DNA of 20,403 nucleotides. It comes from Cyanobacteria bacterium J06626_4. Its GTDB lineage: Bacteria; Cyanobacteriota; Cyanobacteriia; Phormidesmidales; Phormidesmidaceae. Shown piece by piece: positions 17,382 through 20,403 of this stretch. The notes under the pieces were generated by a model. That model saw only the letters and a list, made by a program, of their open reading frames with translations. It did no database searches and was not told the DNA's origin. The position numbers and the translations under genes are program-made. Every line of letters begins with the position of its first letter. Positions within the stretch are counted from its first letter, which is position 1. The DNA lies in the NCBI GenBank assembly GCA_038523235.1, contig JBCBJQ010000105.1, forward strand, positions 1-20,403. The letters run 5' to 3'.

Positions 17382-18299
17382 ATGAAGACTGAAATGATTA
17401 ACCACGACGCGATTGCTCGTCGCTGTGCAGAACTGGCGGCACAGGCAGCTCGGTACACAGATGGTAGGGGCAATGGAGTTCACTCAACTGCGATCGCTCA
17501 ACTAGACTTCATGCGAGACGATGACTCCACGATGATCTGCAGCGTTTATGAACCAGCGCTCGCCATCATCGTTCAGGGGAAAAAGCAGATATTGCTCGGT
17601 GAGGAAACCTATCACTACGGGGTCGCTCAATATCTGGTGGTTTCCGTTGAACTGCCTGTCAGGGGATTTATCGTGGAGGCGACGCCCGACCACCCATACT
17701 TAGGCTTTTTACTGAAATTATCCCCCCGCCAACTCGCCGACCTGGTCGCCCAGATTCAACCGAGGACAGGGGCCAAAGAAAGCTCGTGTCGAGGATTATT
17801 CGTCAGCGATGTCGATCTGCCCCTGATTGATTGCGCCCTCAGGCTGACCCAGCTTTTGGATACGCCGCAGGATATTCCCTTTCTAGCGCCGATCATTATC
17901 CGCGAAATCTATTACCGTCTGCTCACGGGGGAGCAAGGCGAAGCGATTCGTCAAATTGCCACCTCTGGCAGCAACATGCAGCGTATCGCTAGCGTGATCG
18001 AACTGATCAAAACTGACTTTGTCCAATCGCTACGAGTTGAGGAGCTGGCAGAGCAAGCTAACATGTCTGCCTCATCTTTCCATCGTCATTTCAAAGCAGT
18101 TACGTCAATGAGCCCGCTGCAGTATCAAAAACAATTGCGGCTGTTAGAGGCGCGTCGCCTGATGCTAGCGGAAGATGCCGATGCGACCCAGGCCGCCTAT
18201 CAGGTGGGATATGAAAGCCCCTCGCAGTTCAGCCGTGAATATTCGCGTCTGTTTGGGGCACCCCCCATCCAGGATATTCAGCAGTTACGGATCGCCTGA
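17382..18299 (+). CDS. AraC family transcriptional regulator (YqhC-like, AraC N-terminal domain plus HTH)
   Basis: 305 aa with [64 protein letters not shown] and [22 protein letters not shown]. Divergent from the SDR gene. Confidence 0.95.
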   Translation: MKTEMINHDAIARRCAELAAQAARYTDGRGNGVHSTAIAQLDFMRDDDSTMICSVYEPALAIIVQGKKQILLGEETYHYGVAQYLVVSVELPVRGFIVEATPDHPYLGFLLKLSPRQLADLVAQIQPRTGAKESSCRGLFVSDVDLPLIDCALRLTQLLDTPQDIPFLAPIIIREIYYRLLTGEQGEAIRQIATSGSNMQRIASVIELIKTDFVQSLRVEELAEQANMSASSFHRHFKAVTSMSPLQYQKQLRLLEARRLMLAEDADATQAAYQVGYESPSQFSREYSRLFGAPPIQDIQQLRIA

Positions 18300-18305
18300 G
18301 TGAAA

Positions 18306-18514
18306 TGCGATCGCTGGCCTTCCACCCGCAAGGCAACACGCTGGCCAGTGTCAGCGAAGATGAAACGATCAAACTCTGGGACGTTAAAACGGGTGAATGC
18401 TTAAAAACGCTGAGGGGCGATCGCCCCTACGAAGGCATGGACATCACCGGAGCCACGGGACTCACCGATGCTCAGAAAGCGACACTAGAGGTCTTAGGTG
18501 AGATCGGGGCATAG
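18306..18514 (+). pseudogene. Orphan 3' fragment of the NB-ARC-WD40 gene (right copy of the direct repeat)
   Basis: [25 protein letters not shown]...[30 protein letters not shown], nearly identical to the C-terminus of 12794..16366. Confidence 0.9.
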
Positions 18515-18561
18515 GGTTATCGGCGATCGCAACTTAAACGTTTTTATGTTGACCTCTCAAA

Positions 18562-18842
18562 TCATGTGTCGTAAATGTTGCCTCGATAGTTGATGTCGTA
18601 GATAAAAATCTCGCCTGTTTCTTTGCGAATTTGGAAAATGGCGCGAATCTTACCTACCCGAATTCGAGAGAAGCCAGCGAGTGTGACTTTCTGCTTTTTT
18701 TATCGAGTTCATCGGGTGGATAAACTTGTTGTGTTTCTAAACAGGTTTTGAGGATTCCGATTTTAGCGATGATGGCTTTGCGGCTATTACCATCAACCTT
18801 TCTGAGAAATTTATCGGCTGCCTTACTGAGCTTGATCTGCAT
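18562..18842 (-). pseudogene. RelE/ParE family toxin, frameshifted
   Basis: Frame 1 reads MQIKLSKAADKFLRKVD...PPDELD. After the 7-A run (T7 at 18695-18701 on +) the RelE-like C-terminus KKQKVTLAGFSRIRVGKIRAIFQIRKETGEIFIYDINYRGNIYDT* continues in another frame to TGA at 18562. The span is 281 nt, one base short of 94 codons. Confidence 0.85.
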
Positions 18843-19050
18843 CGTCAAACCAGGCTGTAATGTCAACGAAGTCTGAATCTGGATGGGCTTGTGGAGAGAA
18901 GGAGGCTTCGATTTCAGCTTGCTCTTCGTCGTCTACGTAAGGAATGAGCAGGTCAAAAAATTTGAACCATTCTTCGCGCATCACTTCACGAACGCTCTCT
19001 TTGATTAAAGATTTCAAAGCGTTAGCGTCTAGCGAGACAGTGGGTTCCAT
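18823..19050 (-). CDS. Putative antitoxin partner of the RelE/ParE toxin
   Basis: 75 aa from ATG 19050 (GGAG upstream): LKSLIKESVREVMREE...LIPYVDDEEQAEIE with an acidic C-terminus. Overlaps the toxin start. Confidence 0.75.
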   Translation of the reverse strand: MEPTVSLDANALKSLIKESVREVMREEWFKFFDLLIPYVDDEEQAEIEASFSPQAHPDSDFVDITAWFDDADQAQ

Positions 19051-19104
19051 AATCACTCCCTGCTTTTTCATAGCCAAGACGGTGCGTTCTCTCAGTATAT
19101 GAGA

Positions 19105-19290
19105 CTAAAGCAGTGCAACCCTATTTTTAGCGACTTGCTGGCTTTTGTAGGCACCGTACTCTAGCTCGGCAACAGTAATCGCGGAAATGGCAACATTGGT
19201 GGGCAGCAGTGATTTGAAGCGGTCAATCACTTCAGGAGGCTTGCGCTTGATAATGTCAATGCAGATGTTAGTGTCGAGCAGATACTTCAT
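19105..19290 (-). pseudogene. vapC: VapC PIN-domain toxin, truncated to 61 aa
   Basis: MKYLLDTNICI...AISAITVAELEYGAYKSQ is a canonical VapC N-half. The C-half (to about 130 aa) is missing, and the next gene starts about 55 bp later. ATGA overlap with the antitoxin. Confidence 0.9.
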
Positions 19291-19520
19291 TCAAACAGCT
19301 TATCGCGACTGTCGAGGGGCGGGGGTTCACGAGTGTCCATGAAGTCATCGGAAAATTGCTCAAGGCTCTCGAAGAGAGACTGCCAGGGATTATCTTTGTT
19401 CAGCAGGACAATCGCATTCCCGACTTTTTTGATGTAAACCTCGGTGCCGTTGAGATGAAAGGCTGCAGGTAACACTACGATCTGCCCGTCTTCGTTCGTC
19501 AGTAGCTTGGCTGTTTCCAT
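19287..19520 (-). CDS. vapB: VapB/VagC antitoxin (AbrB/MazE-type)
   Basis: 77 aa: METAKL..N..GQIVVLPAAF.L.GTEVYIKKVGNAIVL...NPWQSLFESLEQFSDDFM..REPP. GGAG RBS; directly upstream of vapC. Confidence 0.85.
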   Translation of the reverse strand: METAKLLTNEDGQIVVLPAAFHLNGTEVYIKKVGNAIVLLNKDNPWQSLFESLEQFSDDFMDTREPPPLDSRDKLFE

Positions 19521-19645
19521 GATGGTTGCTCCTCAACCCGCTAACCTTAGCGTACTGTTTTTAGCCTGACTGTAGGCAGGTGTTAGCGTGGCTGCTCCCG
19601 TGAGGCGATCGCTACCCGAATAAAATGCTGCAAGAACAAAGCTAC

Positions 19646-19883
19646 GTAATCTCTTGGGTGATGCGCCATCCAACCTAATGAAGTCATTTTGGGAGATCGC
19701 GGCGATCTCAAAGCTGCCAAAAGTCTGCAAGTCAACATTCGCGGCACGTTGAGTATCATTTTGTTAGCCAAGCAAACGGGCCATATTGCCTCTGCCAGCA
19801 ACGAAATCTCAAAGCTGGTGGAATCTAGATTTCGCGTCAGCACCAAGGTTTTAGCTAAAGTGCTAGAACTGGCTGAGGAATAA
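19646..19883 (+). pseudogene. C-terminal relic of a DUF3368-type PIN-like protein
   Basis: With one frameshift near 19677 it reads VISWVMRHPTxEVILGDRGDLKAAKSLQVNIRGTLSIILLAKQTGHIASA...ISKLVESRFRVSTKVLAKVLELAEE*. This matches my recollection of the DUF3368 pattern (ILDD..AR..A..L...GTLG.LL.AK..G.I...L..AGE). The N-terminal half is absent. Confidence 0.7.
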
Positions 19884-20083
19884 GTGCGCTCGCCCCTTTA
19901 GATAAAGCGCTGTGGAGACTTGGTTAGAAATTTTAGGAGAAGTACGACCATGTATTGAAATCAGTTTATTGGCTACCTTTGTACAACTTGCATTTACATC
20001 GCGATGCAGATTTGCAGAGGGAGTTCGCCATTAATTTAGAATGACTTTCGGATCACGATAGAGATTCTAGAGGTCAAGAATCT

Positions 20084-20403
20084 CTAAGTTTTCCTCAATA
20101 ATTGCCTCAATTTTCTGAAAACTTCAGCCAAGTTAACGGTGATTGCTCCATCTAGTAATTCAAGCTCACCAATTTTAATCATCTCTCCTAGCAATGGCTC
20201 TTGATCTTTTCCATCGCTTCGCTGAGAAAGGAGAAGGACATTCTCTGCCAATGGCTTTTGTTGAAGATTTTGTATGGTTGATTGCTGCTGCTGAATCGTT
20301 GCAGCCGCCATAACAAGTTGACTCTTAAAGTTAAGTATTTGAGCATACAAAGCCTGTGCTTCAATTTCAGAGCTATTTACATTAATCCTACTCGAAGGCA
20401 GTT
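20084..20403 (-). CDS. Hypothetical protein, 3' part only (start lies beyond the window)
   Basis: The frame of track ORF 20084..20350 stays open to the window end (LPSSRINVNSSEIEAQALYAQ...). AT-rich, with a Q-rich coiled-coil-like segment. Confidence 0.7.
   Translation of the reverse strand, partial: LPSSRINVNSSEIEAQALYAQILNFKSQLVMAAATIQQQQSTIQNLQQKPLAENVLLLSQRSDGKDQEPLLGEMIKIGELELLDGAITVNLAEVFRKLRQLLRKT

Noticed and set aside
18306..18514. WD40 3' duplicate as the template repeat of a diversity-generating retroelement
   Set aside because: The differences are mostly synonymous C/T and third-position changes rather than adenine-specific, and no reverse transcriptase is in the window.
19533..19846. 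Minus-strand ORFs 19533..19730 and 19583..19846
   Set aside because: They are antisense to the DUF3368-like relic, which explains the sequence better, and have no motifs.

Overview
This is an accessory region of a cyanobacterial genome, judged from abundant HIP1 GCGATCGC octamers and cyanobacteria-type HTH-NB-ARC-WD40 and inverse-autotransporter proteins. Gene order: a truncated low-GC ORF; a 1408-aa LamG/beta-gamma-crystallin protein (-); a truncated BASS symporter (-); a lipoprotein (+); an inverse-autotransporter/beta-helix protein (-); an ECF sigma factor (-); a divergent HTH-NB-ARC-14xWD40 STAND protein (+); an SDR/AraC pair; a cluster of toxin-antitoxin genes with all toxins broken; and a partial ORF. 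The most striking structure is that the LamG gene start (MTI[Q/H]Px[Y/H]HWQFxER) occurs three times in tandem, in front of three unrelated genes. It is intact at 4827, fused in frame as a 125-aa internally deleted leader to the autotransporter at 10759, and present as a 25-aa uORF relic before the sigma factor at 12433. Two of these copies share a ~900-bp upstream module that appears more conserved than the coding sequence it precedes. The two module copies differ by a 16-bp inversion between HIP1-like arms and by two different TA-flanked miniature insertions. The SDR-AraC pair is bracketed by a ~209-bp duplicate of the WD40 gene 3' end that starts at a HIP1 site and differs almost only at synonymous positions. 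All family calls are from motif recognition by eye; no database searches were run.
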